From Octopus sinensis (lineage: Eukaryota), in assembly GCF_006345805.1 (NCBI RefSeq), contig NC_043007.1, positions 70,060,001 through 70,124,000 of the forward strand: a DNA stretch of 64,000 nt, in the 5' to 3' direction. Each line of letters starts with the position of its first letter. The first letter of the stretch is position 1. Positions 13,611 through 25,964 of this stretch are shown here, piece by piece. The notes below the pieces were generated by a model. That model did no database searches. It saw only the letters and a list, made by a program, of their open reading frames with translations, and was not told the DNA's origin. A program made the position numbers and the translations under genes.

Positions 13611-13959
13611 AAAGATTATTATTTTTATCGGAATCAGCAGAATCGGGAGAACGTTTGCTCGATAAAATTAAATACTAGCCAATACCGAGGTCGAGGGTAT
13701 TGATTGATTCCTCCTCACAAAATTACTGGCTAAAGACAAATTTTAAGAGCAGTGGACTGATAAAATCGTTAAAGCGTCCAACAAAATTCGGACAAAATGT
13801 CACGAAGTGTTCCTTCCGGCTCTTATTTTAAATCCTACCGAGATCAACTTTTCCTTTCATCCCTTCGAGGTTGATAAAAGAAAAAAAAAATTGCTAGTAC
13901 TAAGGTTAATATAATCGACTCGCACGCACACACTCACACATACACACACCCAAATTGTT

Positions 13960-15700
13960 GGTCTGGTGCTTAAACTAGAAGCAATTATTATTGTGTTTCG
14001 GTTGGGGAAGCACAAATAAATCCATCTATGACTAACTCCATTTTGTATCATAGAAGGAGCAGGGAGCAGATCTGGCTTTGATGGGAGTCATGATCAATTT
14101 AGATAAGTCAAAAGCTGCTTTCGATAGGGGTCAGCCTAAAAGAGTTCACTTACAGTCCCATTTTCAGTCGTTGGATTGCAACAATGCTTAGTAGCATTTA
14201 CTCGGTAGTCAAAATGAACGACTGCTTCTCAGAACAGTTACATTTTGCACGCTCGGTTTGGGTTGACCTCTTTCGTTTCTATATGTACTGGTTTTTGAGC
14301 CATTCTAGGTGGGATGAGGGAGAGCTATGTCACCGTATGCAGTTAACGTGACAGAAATTCTGGCGGACGCCACGAAAGTTGAGGTAGTTGACATCATTCT
14401 AAAGGAAAATCAAGTGATAGCTGGAACAAGGATAACTTTGAACAAGTTTGAACTAGAATGTAGCTTGGCCCATGGGGAGGCCGATCGTTATCAACCGACA
14501 ACATCTTAGGTCATCTGACAGACAGCCCGGTTAAATTGCACGAGCTCTAGTTCAGTCCGGACATTCAGTTGAACAGAAACTGGATCAAGATTACGAGCAA
14601 CGTGATTAATTTCATCCACAAATGATATGAAAGTTAGCTATCCCTTAAAGTTGAATCGAGGTGGTAAATTCCTACATCACCAGCGACGTAGCTTATACCC
14701 GAACGTTGTGTTTTGTTCCAGTCCCTGTCTGAAAAGAAGGGAGCGTCTGTTCTGTTTCTTGAGGTAGGAACACGTTACACACACCAGGCGGCCTATCTTT
14801 TACCTGTGTCCTCTACAATATGGGCTCGACATGCTAGAGCTGCTTACGTGCAAACACCTGCAGAGATACCGGGAAGGTGAGCAGGTCAGATCTACATTTG
14901 TAAGGTACTTTTTTTGTAACTCGTCTCTTTAACAGAACCGCAGTCATGGGTCATCAAAAGACCTTATTAGACACTTGCCATCTGGAATGGCATCAGGTGC
15001 TCACCATTTTCTGGTAATGCGATGGGCAAAAGTTCCACATTAGCAATATATAGAAGTTTAGTAGTAGGTAAGTGCGATGACGCTTTCGGGAAAACGCTCG
15101 GTATTGACGAGGATGAACTGGGTGGCCTGTTCAGGAGAACTTTCGGGCCGAGAATAGTAGTGCTACCGAGGGGCATTATCAGTTTGAGATAAACTCTATA
15201 GACATGGAATTGCCACCAGATGTGACATTCCGTGATGTGAACATTCCCCCACTCTAACAAGACTGGGTATACAGTGTTCTTCTGTCTGGTGGCTATGGCC
15301 AAAGAAGTATTGAAGGCAAATACTTTCTTCTTTGGTCAAGCTCTCATCGACTTTTTCAAGTCCTGCTCGAAAATGAAACTAAGAGTGAAGAGGGAATTGT
15401 TTTCTTTCAGTGTATTTCGGTGTCTAAGTGTGGCAAAAATAGTTAAGATAAACGGACCTACACCAAATATGGATCTGTAGATTGCAAAAACAACATTTGG
15501 AGGTCGGCTTGTGTCCTTGATGGTTAGGGTGATCTTGGATTTGTTAGTTCCATTGATTGGCTCTAGTTGGTGACTCTCCAGTCCCAGAAAGATTGATTCA
15601 TACACACATTCACATATTTTGCATAGTATCTATACATTTATCTCATTTCTACCCCCTCTTCACCCTCCCCTTACTGTTTTTATGTAACAACCCTTCACAA
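13960..15700 (+). mobile_element. Degenerate L1/Tx1-clade non-LTR retrotransposon (RT through C-terminal Cys region and 3' end)
   Basis: Frameshifted RT motifs: INLDKSKAAFDR (like LDQSKAFDRV), LYVLVFEP (like PLSPLLYVLALEP), SPYAVNVT (like AYADDVT). C-terminal DKLYRHG..C..C and FCLVAMAKEV...GQALIDFF. Confidence 0.8.
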
Positions 15701-16117
15701 AGGGTAACCAGTTCTTATAATGTCACCCTCATCGGACATCTCACCTCACTTTTGTTGATATGATTTTGTTTAAGACTGTCTTGTGCTTCCAGAGGGCTTT
15801 CTTAATATTGGCTTCAAATTTTGGAACAAGACCAGCAATTTTTGAGAATTAATGAAAAATGATCCCTTTTATAAAGGTGCTATATAAAATATATTCTTCA
15901 GTTTATGTATATTGTATTCACCCAGCATCTATATTATATGGGATATAGTATAAGGTTAGAGTTGCTACAATAAATTTTTGTTTGAAGGTTGCAAGTATCA
16001 TGAGAAGAAAAAACTATCCATGAGTGAAAAAAGAAATGTTGATACTCTTGTACTGATATCTTATGTATAAATTCCTTTAATTCATAACGTTCTAACTATT
16101 TAATGTTACGAACAATA

Positions 16118-16333
16118 TTGGTTCCAAATTTTTGGCACAAGGACAACAAGTTCGTGGTAGGAGACAAAGCCGATTAATTCAACCCCAGCGTTCAAATATT
16201 ATTTATTTTATCAATCCCGAAAGGATGAAAGGCAAAGTCAATCTCGATGGAATTTGATCTCACAACGTAAAGACAAACGACATACCGCTAAGTATTTTGC
16301 CTGGCGTACTAACAATTCTGCCAATACGTTACC
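16118..16333 (-). mobile_element. OK-like tRNA SINE, diverged
   Basis: aaaggatgaaaggcaaagtc...aatttgatctcacaacgtaaagac core plus the ttggttccaaatttttggcacaagg tail. Confidence 0.75.
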
Positions 16334-16689
16334 TTGAGTGTTTTATTAATATTATACTTTTCGTTATTTGGGATTTTTAAAACTGTTTTCCATTTTGCAA
16401 TGTAATGAGATTTTGAGTTTCACAATTTTGATTTTATCGTAAATGAACTGAATCTTCCGAAAGCTTTTCCTTATATTTTCAAAATTGCTGCTTAAAATGT
16501 AGTAACATAGCCATTTTTTTCAATGATTGCAGAAACAAATGTAGCTGTATGATCGATACTTGGGATCAGTTTTTAATTAGAAGGCCTGTTCTTCTAATAT
16601 GCTTCTTATTGCTGACATTTTCTATCATAGCTTGTAGGTCTACGGACTTGTCTCTACTGAAAGATTTTCCAGCACATTATTTAGAATCT

Positions 16690-16858
16690 TCATTCCGTTC
16701 CTCATTCTGCTACTTGTAAGGTACTCTTTTCTGTAACTCGTCTTTTTAACAGAACCGCAGTCTTGGGTCATTAAAAGACCTGATTGGACACTTGGCATCT
16801 GGAATGGCATCAGGTGCGATGGGCACAAGTTCCACATTAGCAATATATTGAAGTTTAT
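16690..16858 (+). mobile_element. L1/Tx1 fragment nearly identical to 14900-15060
   Basis: aggtact...gtaactcgtct.tttaacagaaccgcagtc.tgggtcat.aaaagacc...tggaatggcatcaggtg...aagttccacattagcaatatat is shared, with an ~18-bp deletion here. Confidence 0.8.
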
Positions 16859-17064
16859 GGATCTTTACCTTTTGACCGACAGATTTTAAAAAATAATTTT
16901 TTGTAACTAAACACTTTCTATCATAGCTTGTACGACTGTGAAGTGGCCAACAATGTTTTTGTGGATAAATTTTAGCGGAGTTGGTAGATCTAAACTGGAT
17001 AGTCAAACAACCTTGTTAACAAACTAGCAATGAAATATCGGTTTCAAATTTTGACACAGTTCCG

Positions 17065-17320
17065 GGGAAGAGAGTAAATCGATTGCATCGACCCCAGTGC
17101 TCTACTGGTACTCCTATTATCGACCCCGAAAGGATGAAAGGTAAAGTCGATTCTGGTGGCATTCGAACACAGGACGTAAAAACGGATGAAATGCCGCAAA
17201 GCGGTTCAGCAAAATACACAAATAGAATAAGTACTTGGCTTATAAAGAAGTCCTGGGGTCTATTAGCTCGACTAAAGGCGGTGCTCCAGCATGGCCGCAG
17301 TCAAATGACTGAAACAAGTA
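17065..17320. mobile_element. Adjacent SINE fragments: OK-like core (-, ~17065-17200) and OR1-like tail (+, ~17220-17320)
   Basis: atcgaccccagtgctctactggtac...aaaggatgaaaggtaaagtcga, followed by gtcctggggtc...ggcggtgctccagcatggccgcagtcaaatgactgaaacaagtaa. Confidence 0.8.
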
Positions 17321-17481
17321 AAATACTACTTACTTCTTTGAAAAGTATTTGAAATTTATTGATTTATTAAATGAATACAATAAAACCTCATCAAGAAATT
17401 CTTTGTGTTGGTGTCTCTATCGTCTTTATTACCATACAAAACTAAAAACTAAATTGTATCAAAAAAAGAGAGATTCTAGCC

Positions 17482-17743
17482 CACTGGTTCTCAACTGGGG
17501 GTCCATTTGACCCTTGAGGGGGTCCATATAAGATTTTGATGTTAAATTTTATGTGCAATAATTTGTTTATATTTCTACAATACACAAAAAATATTTTAAT
17601 TTTTTCTTTGTACAATTCCTAATAATATTTAATTATAAAAATACTGCAGGATCGTTTTTATAAACATCAGATGACTATGAAGGTACAGTAGGGTAAAATA
17701 GGAATCAAAAGGGTCCATAGTTAAAAATGGTTGGGAACCACTG
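17482..17743. mobile_element. Non-autonomous hAT (Charlie-like) MITE, ~262 bp
   Basis: Termini CACTGGTTCTCAAC and (reverse complement) CAGTGGTTCCCAAC resemble Charlie-type TIRs; no coding capacity; 8-bp TSD not preserved. Confidence 0.6.
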
Positions 17744-19067
17744 CTGTTGCTGCAACCCAACAACAGTTAGACAACATTGCTTTTATATAACACCTTTCAT
17801 CAAGAAGTACTAAATAGATAACTATTCACTATTTTTAATTACTATTTACTTATAGAAACTAGTTGCAACCAAATACTTCTGTGTCCAGATATGTTTTTAT
17901 ATTTCAGTTCTGTTCTCTAACAGAAGTCACCTGCTAAGAATTTGGTAGATGGCTGAACAAACTTATGAATTCTCGAAACAATGTTAACATACACCGGCAC
18001 TGATATATAATGTGTGCAGTCTTTCTCTCCCATCTTTGTTATCTTCTTTTTGCGGATTTTTTTTTTTCAGCATCCTTTTTTTCTTTAGGGAGATTACTTT
18101 TACTTTTTATATCATAAGGTCGACATTTTGTTAATTTCAACAGTTGAGATTTGTAGCTTGTTTTCGAATACTTCTTGTATCTGAAAGACAACATCTTCCA
18201 TATAAACTAGGAACCACGGATTATTCCTCAGTTCACGAAAAAGGAAAGAAACAACCAAATACATTTATTTTCTGAGAAATCAAAGATTTTTTTTACCGAG
18301 ACTTTTGCGGCTGTTTTGTCGTCAAGACAAAATGAAATGTAATTTCATTTCTAGAGGCCAATAAACGCGTATTTATAGTATCGACAAGTCCAATTCAAAT
18401 ATAATTAAAAAACAACATCGGTTTATTAATATTGTTGAGCATTGGTTACTTGAGCCTTGATAAAATGTTTTAGATGCCATAAATAGTAACAGTATTAATA
18501 AGATATCGAAAGATGTGCAAATACGAGGGTAGTTTTCTATTTATAAATATCAGTATTGTTACAGCTTCCACCGGTGTATATTAGCTACAAACTGATGGTC
18601 CTCACCTATAACTCTCATCGCCCAGAATGAAGCAACCCAGTAATTAACTCATTGGAAATATGTAAAAATATAGTAAGCCGGTAATAGTCACATTGAGACT
18701 ATGTAACCACAGACATTATTCAAAAATTGTGATCTAAAGTAAAATAAAATATGTAATAAGTTTGAGATTCGCAATTTGTCTCTGCCCTGAAGACATACAT
18801 TTATGAGATTTGGATAAATAGTGTATTTGCACTTGTACTTAGAAATCAATCGATATCTCTTAAGGGTTTCGCTTCTCCATTTCTTTCTCTCCAAAACCAC
18901 TCAGCATTAAAATTACACCATAGTGATTTCCCAAATCTTTAATAACAATCTGGACGGTTAAAGAAAGCGGGAGATTGATTGACATATCTCTTCTTTTCTA
19001 GTAATATTTTCATTTGAAATATTCTATTCTGAATCTAAGCTTACATATATATGTGTACGTGTGTGTG

Positions 19068-19121
<54 letters not shown>

Positions 19122-19766
19122 CTTTTTGTCCTTGCCTGGTTGTCTGAAGTCATACATTCTCTTTATGCAACTCTGCTGTCAAATCCGTCCTTTATAGAAA
19201 ACTTCAATTTTTATATTCTATGGCAGAGTTTTATATCCAGTAACGAAGTTTCTTTTCATACTAAAGCTGTTCTTTGTAACGAAGATTGTAGCAGATTTTA
19301 TTGATTTATTTAAAGAAGTTATGTAACGTGTTGCATTTTTAATTATACTTATTTTATTGGACTTTTATGTTTTATTCCTATTTGTAACTTATTGGAGATC
19401 GTTAAGATTAAGAATGGATCTTTTTCTTTCATTTTCACTTTAAGTTCGCCGAAGATGCAGTTCTCATCTGTATTTTTTGTTTGACGCTTATTGACCTCAA
19501 CGTAACCATCCGTAAATCGACAGTGTAAAGTTGATTTTTCTTCCATTACTGTATCACTATTTCCTTCAAGAATTTACTGGTTAAGTTGGTTTCATAATAC
19601 ATATATATGAAATATAATGACTTCGATTCGATATCAGTGCTTTGCAGCGACAAGAATCGATTGCGTAAAAGCTAAAATTAAGATATTAAAGTTTCTGAAG
19701 AAAGCTTTTCGTTGGACATCTTGCTCATTTTCTCGCCGCAAAACAGCAGTTCAATTTTTGTTTTTA

Positions 19767-19854
<88 letters not shown>

Positions 19855-20441
19855 TACCACCACCACCACCACCACCACCACTACCACCAAACAAACACGC
19901 ACACACACACACAGAGTTAAACTTTCTCCTCTACAAACTTGGGAGTTCGGGATTACCTGAACTTCGCACGCTTACATTCCCTGGGGAAGGATCAGTGAAA
20001 ATAATGACTGGAAGGGCCTGCCAGTTGTACATGCTTTTCAGAGAGGAGATTCACGACCAGAATTTCAGGATAATTTCTTAACCTCCCAAGTATTTTATAC
20101 CTGAGTTCCATTGCAGCCCTTTTTGGCTATGAATTCTCCATCTTTGTTAAAATAAAATAACGAAGATATTTTTCACTCAGCCTCATTTACAAAAGATTCT
20201 ACAACAATTATTTTTATTTATTCCCACTTGAACGTGAATATTCTGCTAGAAAAAACTGTGCTGTGGTAATTACCATGAGTGATACTCTCATATTAGCTTA
20301 TTATGCAAAATGCATTCTTGTTTATATCGCTAGAAAAGAGACACATCCACGTCACCTCCAGCGCCGAGACCACTACATGACGTGATTTCGACCTTCTTGG
20401 GCTTGTCAAGGGTGGAAATTTTTATATATGTTAGTAATTCT

Positions 20442-20857
20442 TATTTCTTTACTGTCCACAAGGGGCTACACACAGAGAGGACAAATAAGGACAGACAAAC
20501 GGATTAAGTCGATTACATCGACCCCAGTGTGTAACTGATACTTATTTAATCGACCCCGAAAGGATGAAAGGCAAAGTCAACTTCGGCGGAATTTGAACTC
20601 AGAACGTAGCGGCAGACGAAATACCTATTTCTTTACTACCCACAAGGGGCTAAACACAGAGAGGACAAACAAGGACAGACAAACGGATTAAGTCGATTAT
20701 ATCGACTCCAGTGCGTAACTAATACTTATTTAATCGACCCCGAAAGGATGAAAGGCAAAGTCGACCTCGGCAGAATTTGAACTCAGAACGTAGCGGCAGA
20801 CGAAATACCGCTAAACATTTCGCCCGGCGTGCTAACGTTTCTGCCAGCTCTCCGCCC
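20442..20857 (-). mobile_element. OK-like tRNA SINE, dimeric (head + two core/tail units)
   Basis: Pol III A-box (TGGCAGAAACG) and B-box (GAGTTCAAATT) on the minus strand; the ~175-bp unit is repeated twice. Confidence 0.9.
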
Positions 20858-21551
20858 TAAATTCTATATTTGTAATTCTATAAAGTTCAGAGAGCTCTTT
20901 GATGTTTTCTTTTATTAACGTAAAGTGGCATGAAAGACAAAGAGACTCAAAATACAAATATGACAAAACATCGAACAAGAGTACAAACTTTATTATATAC
21001 ACTATAAGGAAAGAACAGAGGCTAATTCAATGTTTCGGACTGTGGACCTTCGTCAAGGACAAAATACAAAAAAAAGAAAAGAATTACATGGAAATCAGTG
21101 TTGTTTAAAAAAGGAAATTCTTCCAAAACGTTTTCAATATCATCGCCACTAACACTACCGTTCTTCCATTCCTCACCTTGGTCATCATTATCCTCATGTG
21201 ATAATCACATGAGGATAACTTCGCTGTAAACAGTGACGTTAAGTGTCGAGAACCTATTTCAGTACTTCTTGATTATTGTAGCGTTTTAAACTACATTAAC
21301 TTTTGTCAAAAAAAAGAAAAAGTTTTTCATGGCAGTACTTCATAGAAACGGACTTCTAACAAAGGTAAACTGTGTATCCGTACACGAAAAAAATAAAATA
21401 GAATAAAACACAATTGAGTAAAAGAAGTGAAAAGCAAGCCAACAGTCCAAAGTCAGATATTAAACTGTGATTTATATCGACATAAATCATCTACATTAAA
21501 GAGGTTAAGGCATAATTTAAAATGATTTTCAAACTGAGATCGATTGTATTA

Positions 21552-21951
21552 CTCTCTTTCCTCTTTTACTTGTTTCAGTCATTTGACTACGGCCATGCTG
21601 GAGCACCACCTTTAGTCGAGCAAATCGACCCCAGAACTTATTCTTTGGAAGCGTAGTACTTATTGTATCGGGGGTTTTTTGCCGAACCAAGTTACGTAAA
21701 CACACTAGCATCGGTTGTCAAGCGATGTTGAAGGGACAAACGCAGACAGACAAACATATATACACACATACATATATATACATATATACGACAGGCTTCT
21801 TTCAGTTTGCGTCTACCAAATCCACTCACAAGGCTTTGGTCGGCCCGAGGCTATAGTAGAAGACACTTGCCCAAGGTGCCACGCAGTGGGACTGAACCCG
21901 GAACCATGTGGTTGGTAAGCAAGTTACTTTCCACACAGCCACTCCAGCGCC
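21552..21951 (-). mobile_element. Full-length OR1-like tRNA/CORE SINE (~400 bp)
   Basis: Minus strand reads GGCGCTGGAGTGGCTGTGTGG (A box)...GGTTCAGTCCC (B box)...CCTTGGGCAAGTGTCTTCT (CORE-like)...internal TA/GT run...GCTCCAGCATGGCCGTAGTCAAATGACTGAAACAAGTAAAAGAG. Confidence 0.92.
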
Positions 21952-22559
21952 TATTATAATTATTATTGTTGTTGTTGTTATTGTTGTTGCTGCTGCTGTT
22001 GTTGTTGTGTTTGCAAGAGAAAGACGTCAATTTGGAACCAATAAGTTTTTATCAAATATTGTTTTTTTTTAATAAAGTGATTTTGGCTTTCGTCGTATCA
22101 TTTTCTGGTACCAACTAACATCTGAGATTATATAGCTTCGTGAAATTTTCATCTCTTTGCGGAAAATTCGAACATATATATATATATAAAACTTGGCCAT
22201 TCCAATCGGCGGGGTAGAAAGCTCTACCAAGATCTATAATCAAAATAGCTTCTCCCCTCTATCTACTACATTTAACAGATAATGGATAAAAATAAGTAAC
22301 AATGCCAGCAACAGCAAAAACACATAAGAAGAAGCTACAATACCACCATCACTACAACTCAAACTGTTACAAATACGACAACAAAAGCAGCAGCAGCAAC
22401 AACAACAGGGACAAACAAGGCAAAGAGAACATTGAACCATTTAGAACCTTCGCCAGCAGCACAAAGTTTAATATAATAAAGAAGTGAACCAGCGAGGCTT
22501 GTAACAAAATAAAGAATAGTATCTTGCTTCTTGGGATACGAATCAGAATTGCAGCCAAA

Positions 22560-22900
22560 AAGAAAAGAGAAATATTTAACATAGCAGAAAATGAACAAAG
22601 TAAGGACATTTCAACAAGATTACCACATAACAGACGGCGAACCACAACAGTAAACCTGCATGTACTTGCTAAAGGAATGATTAGCAAACTTTACCAATGT
22701 ATGATCGTTGGTTGTGTGTGGAACAAACAAACTCTCGACGTGGAATACTTTGCTGAAAGAAACAAAGTATGGCAACATTATATTCACAAGGCAGACACCA
22801 GCCTATTACAACCTATCAGCGAGCTGCTTGAGAAGAAAGTCACGGGAGCTTTCCTTGTTTAAGTCAAGGAAAATTACCGACACGTTGCGTGAAATCTGTT
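22560..22900 (+). mobile_element. Possible decayed C-terminal fragment of a REL-endonuclease LINE
   Basis: Faint KQTL...WQH pattern, reminiscent of the CxxC..QTLxHVLxxC..RYxWRH knuckle region; many disruptions. Confidence 0.25.
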
Positions 22901-24174
22901 TTATTGGGTAACAGAAAGCATAGGACATGATATACCTCATTAAAGTATTGTGCATATATTTTGGAAGATATTTGTCAAAAAGAATCGAAGAGAAATATAA
23001 TTTTTAACCTAATTTCTCTCCGAATGTTTCTCACAGCGTTTGACTGAAGTATTAGGCTAAAAAAAGTCCGAATGAATTGTTTGGAGTTCTGTAGTATTTT
23101 TATGTAAAATGATCAATTTATTTTCTCCTTAAAATTTGAATTGAATCATAAGTAGCATTTCTAATGACTATAACTTTGTTATGTCCTCCAAGCTGCGAAT
23201 CCACCTCCAAATAAATACATTAAATCTAGTTTCAATAATCTGGTTGATTCAGCAATTTGTCAAATGCAATTTTACTGCTTGTAGATGCATTTATACAAAA
23301 TTAGATTTTTTCGGTAATTGTCGAATTTTTTCCCATTTTTAAGAAAACATAACACACCTAAGCAAGACAATACCGATGCGTTCTTATTAACAATATGGAT
23401 ATAGTTTGTCTGTTACATTAAAGAAACACAAATGCTTTTAATATTAATGTAGTCCTGACAGAAATTGACGATATACAATAGCTGTCTTATTATAACAAAA
23501 ATAGTTTTGCAATTCTGAGAAACTACTTATATTTCACAACATTCTATTCTCATAACCAAACTAAAGTAAGGAATATTTAGATGTACATATGTTTCTATTT
23601 AGATCTACTTTCCAAGCAGGGTTACTCGCAGTATATTTCATATTCCATCGTAACGTGTGGACATTTTTAGATAAACTCGCACACGCACACACTCTTAAGC
23701 ATTCACAGTATGGCTCGATAAAAAAGGAGTTTCCTGATTCGATCCTATTGCGTGATATCTAGAGCAAAATCTGTGAACTCACAAATTCTGTAGGTGAAAT
23801 TCAATAAATGCAAGTGTATAGATTCTGTTCAGATTGATTGTCCATTTAGTTCATAGATGCAGCTTTATCGCATACTGTGCTGCGTTGATTTCACTTGAGT
23901 ATTATTTCAAGAGTACAATACTCAGCTAATACTCAGCTACTCGCTACTTCAATGAACTGATGTTTTGTATTGGTCGAACAACTTATCGTCGAAACTGATG
24001 GACACACACACACACACACTCTTGACTTCTCACCGAATTCTTGGGGGTATCAACTTTAGATTTACAGATTGCACAGACAGCGGACTGTAATTTTAGAGAC
24101 TACGTAAATTGCAATGACTTTCACTTCGCCTGGATTTTTAATCCATTTTTATTTCTGGGCGTGCAGGTATGTAC

Positions 24175-24238
<64 letters not shown>

Positions 24239-24253
24239 TTAACATATATATAC

Positions 24254-25225
24254 ATTTAACAATTAAGGATAACTTCTTAATAAGGAATCTTAACAAGAAA
24301 TTATTAGGTAGTTAGCGTGAAAAACCTCATAAAAGAAAAGAATTCGAAAATAATTTTTTTCTTTTGAACAAATTAATTATATTTATATTCTATAGAGGGC
24401 ATTATTACACATAAATGCCTCACAATAAGAGGGACAAAGTCATTACTACCAAAATTACACTAATCATACCTAATGCAGTTCTTCAAAGCAAGACATTTAA
24501 AAAATGAATTTAGTTCTGTATCACCGTGATTTCACATTTAACTTACGTCTATGATCATCAGCAGAACTGATTCTGAACACATCATAAATAAACCACCAAC
24601 CTTACCTAGCGAAGACGAACAGACATCTATTCACTCTGGCCAAGCACATGGAATGTTTATAAATCATATATTCGGTAAATGGCGGGCTTTTTCGAACTGC
24701 ATGTCGGGTAAGAAAAGTATTTCGGAATAAATTTAACAATTAAGGATAACTTCTTAATAAGGAATCTTAACAAGAAATTATCAGGTAGTTAGCGTGAAAA
24801 ACCTCATAAAAGAAAAGAATTCGAAAATAATTTTTTTCTTTTGAACAAATTAATTATATTTATATTGTATAGAGGGCATTATTACACATAAATGCCTCAC
24901 ACTAAGAGGGACAAAGTCATTACTACCAAAATTACACTAATCATACCTACATTTAATTTTTCTCTCATCTTGGTAATTAATCAATTTTTTATTATTAGAT
25001 TGTAATATCTCCATAAATTCATTTATACATATTAAACAAAAATTACTACCTGTTCGATAAGATTTAGCTTTACAAACTATCTCCCAATTTAAATTATACT
25101 TAATTCCTTTAGATTTCAATTCCCATATATATTTGCTAAGGCCAGTAGAATTAATCAATGTTTTATTCTTATAGATAATATCTTTCACCAGCAATTGGAT
25201 TTCTTAATAGAGGTTTTTCTCTTAA

Positions 25226-25230
<5 letters not shown>
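24254..25230 (-). mobile_element. 5'-truncated Penelope-like element: GIY-YIG C-terminal ORF fragment followed by a tandemly repeated 3' (pLTR) region containing a hammerhead motif
   Basis: ORF 25194-24937 NSTGLSKYIWELKSKGIKYNLNWEIVCKAKSYRTGSNFCLICINE...KIKCR is typical of PLE endonuclease C-termini. 219-bp direct repeats at 24254-24472 and 24731-24949 differ at 3 positions. Confidence 0.85.
24506..24573 (-). ncRNA. Type I hammerhead ribozyme motif
   Basis: Minus strand: GAAUC AGUUCUG [CUGAUGA] UCAUAGACGUAAGUUAAAUGU [GAA] AUCAC G GUGAU [A] CAGAACU AAAUUC. Helix I is a perfect 7 bp (AGUUCUG/CAGAACU); helix II is CAU/AUG plus GAC/GUU capped by GUAA; helix III is near-palindromic; AUA cleavage triplet. 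Confidence 0.8.
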
Positions 25231-25296
<66 letters not shown>

Positions 25297-25919
25297 ATAT
25301 ATATACATACACATACACACACACGCACACACACACACAAACACACACAAATATATGTATTATGTATGTATGTATGTATGTATGTAGAGAAAGAGAGAGA
25401 GAGAGAGATACTACCACTACCACTAACAGCAACAGCAATACTAAAGATTTTCATGATGACGATAGCAGGAAAATACCAGCTAAGTTAAGAGATAAGTTAG
25501 CAAAAATAATTTCATTTAGGATTTAAAGTTCTATTACCACAGCTACCCCTAACACCACCACTACCACCACCACTACCATCACCAACGACAGCAATAATAA
25601 AGGTAATGATAATGGCGAGGATGATATTTGAAATGTAAAAATCCCTGGGAAATGTTCTTTACAATATTTCTAAAAATAGCCAAACAATTATTGCTTTAGC
25701 CGGAATCAAAATATAGGTCTCTTGACATGTTCAACAAACCGTGACGCCTAAACCAAACAGCAATCAACTTAAGTAATTTAGTGAAGCCATACACTGATTG
25801 ATCAGAATACAGTTTGCGAAACTTAACATTCTAGAGCCTATACAAATGTTTTAAGGCACATATTTTAGCCATCTCTCTACAGTTGTAAATTGTAAAACAT
25901 AACTCTCACCAGTATTATA

Positions 25920-25964
25920 TGAACCTGAAGATTGTATAGTTTAGTGCATGAAAGTACTAGTTCA
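25920..25964 (+). ncRNA. Minimal type I hammerhead ribozyme motif
   Basis: UGAAC [CUGAAGA] U UGUA UAGUUUAG UGCA U [GAA] AGUACU [A] GUUCA. Helix I is 5 bp, helix II 4 bp, helix III the perfect palindrome AGUACU; CUA triplet. Confidence 0.75.
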
